Positions 4,207 through 5,122 of a DNA stretch of 5,122 bases are shown here, one piece after another. Source of the DNA: a virus; IMG/VR virus record IMGVR_UViG_3300045988_078885, positions 1 to 5,122 of that record; one strand, 5' to 3'. Position 1 is the first letter of the stretch; each line of letters opens with the position of its first letter. The position numbers and the translations under genes are program-made. Under the pieces are notes generated by a model, which did not search any database, was not told the DNA's origin, and saw only the letters and a program-made list of their open reading frames with translations.

Positions 4207-5122
4207 TCACTCAAACGTACGTTTGAGAGCTTTTGCCGTGTATTCCTTTGCCTCACGGCGGGCAATCAGCCGAGACTGCTCATTGTCTAAAGAGCTCTCA
4301 GCTTTCTTAGCGATTATAGCACGCTTAGCTTTGTAATCGAAGTAGGCTTTCTTGTTAAGCTTAAAGAGCTTATCCAAATAGTAGCGCGGAACGCTATGCT
4401 TCTTCCCATTGATGAGAACGAAGCCAAGGCGTTCAATGTCCTCACGGTTTTTAATGAACCAATTAAAGCCAATGCCTGGACGGTTGCTACAGCGGGAAAA
4501 CGGGGGAAGGCGCGTACCGTAATAATCAGCGGCAGGATCGCCATAGATTTTCTTGGTCGTATAGCGCGCAACGTAACCAGCTGATTCAGCAGTAACAGAA
4601 CCGATAATCACATTACCATGACCCCAAATACGCTCAAGCCAAGCGGACCGAAACAAAGGGGAACCATCGGAGCCCATACCGTAATAGAGCAAATCCGGAA
4701 TGTCCAAGTTAAAAACAATCGCATGATAGTGCGGGCGACCTCCTTTATCACCATACTCGCCAGAAGCGAAATAACGAATGCTATTCACAAGCGTTCGTTT
4801 ACCGTCAACGATCTCATAAACTGGCTGGCGACCAAGTCCGCCAGCAAGTAAATCTTCGGAATTCAAAGGCGCAAAAACAGACTTACGCAAACGCTTCCAA
4901 AAAAGAGTGAGATGCAAAGGAATCAAACCACCATCGTCGGGGCGATCTGTACGATAACAAAAAGACGGATCTTGAAAAGACTTAACAGGAGTCCTCTCAT
5001 CATCATAAGTCAAAGTCAAAAAATAGTTATGCTCCCAAAGAGTACTTTCTTGAATACAACGACCTGCCCAATCTAAACTTTTATCTAAACGACAACCAAT
5101 ACATTGACCACAGGGAACCTTA
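4207..5122 (-). CDS. Replication initiator Rep/VP4 (rolling-circle HUH endonuclease), C-terminal 304 codons within this window. The true start lies beyond the window end, at position 165 after the circular wrap.
   Basis: Motif I FLTLTY (about 5005-5022). Motif II HYH in GRPHYHAIVFN (4723-4731; checked, cactatcat on the coding strand). Motif III YVARYTTKK (about 4561-4575), comparable to phiX174 gpA YVAKYVNKK. The ORF has no ATG until residue 116 but stays open upstream across 5122/1. Confidence 0.9.
   Translation of the reverse strand, partial: KVPCGQCIGCRLDKSLDWAGRCIQESTLWEHNYFLTLTYDDERTPVKSFQDPSFCYRTDRPDDGGLIPLHLTLFWKRLRKSVFAPLNSEDLLAGGLGRQPVYEIVDGKRTLVNSIRYFASGEYGDKGGRPHYHAIVFNLDIPDLLYYGMGSDGSPLFRSAWLERIWGHGNVIIGSVTAESAGYVARYTTKKIYGDPAADYYGTRLPPFSRCSNRPGIGFNWFIKNREDIERLGFVLINGKKHSVPRYYLDKLFKLNKKAYFDYKAKRAIIAKKAESSLDNEQSRLIARREAKEYTAKALKRTFE

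Overview
The window is one complete circular ssDNA phage genome of the family Microviridae (gokushovirus-like), presented as the strand complementary to the coding/virion strand. Bases 1-55 are identical to 5068-5122, so this is a linearised circle with a 5067-nt unit length. All credible genes lie on the minus strand. Going 5'->3' on the minus strand: major capsid VP1 (2808->1147), DNA-pilot VP2 (1137->517), then three tiny coupled ORFs: a 27-aa transmembrane peptide, a 30-aa peptide, and a 39-aa highly basic J/VP8-like protein with a strong SD. A perfect palindrome followed by a T8 run sits immediately before the Rep start. The rolling-circle Rep/VP4 begins at ATG 165 and wraps across the window boundary to its stop at 4207 (341 aa reconstructed). 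A 110-aa VP5-position ORF, an 88-aa ORF with a strong SD, and the scaffold VP3 (3293->2877) follow, the last abutting a 13-bp stem-loop ahead of VP1. The largest non-coding block (about 3550-3845) is packed with GC-rich hairpins and an AT-rich block with TTGACA-type inverted repeats. The plus-strand ORFs in the supplied track are antisense artefacts. Most worth checking: the coupled micro-ORF chain after VP2 (a lysis candidate), the wrapped Rep with a terminator-like hairpin at its start, the hairpin cluster as a candidate complementary-strand origin, and the non-canonical gene order.
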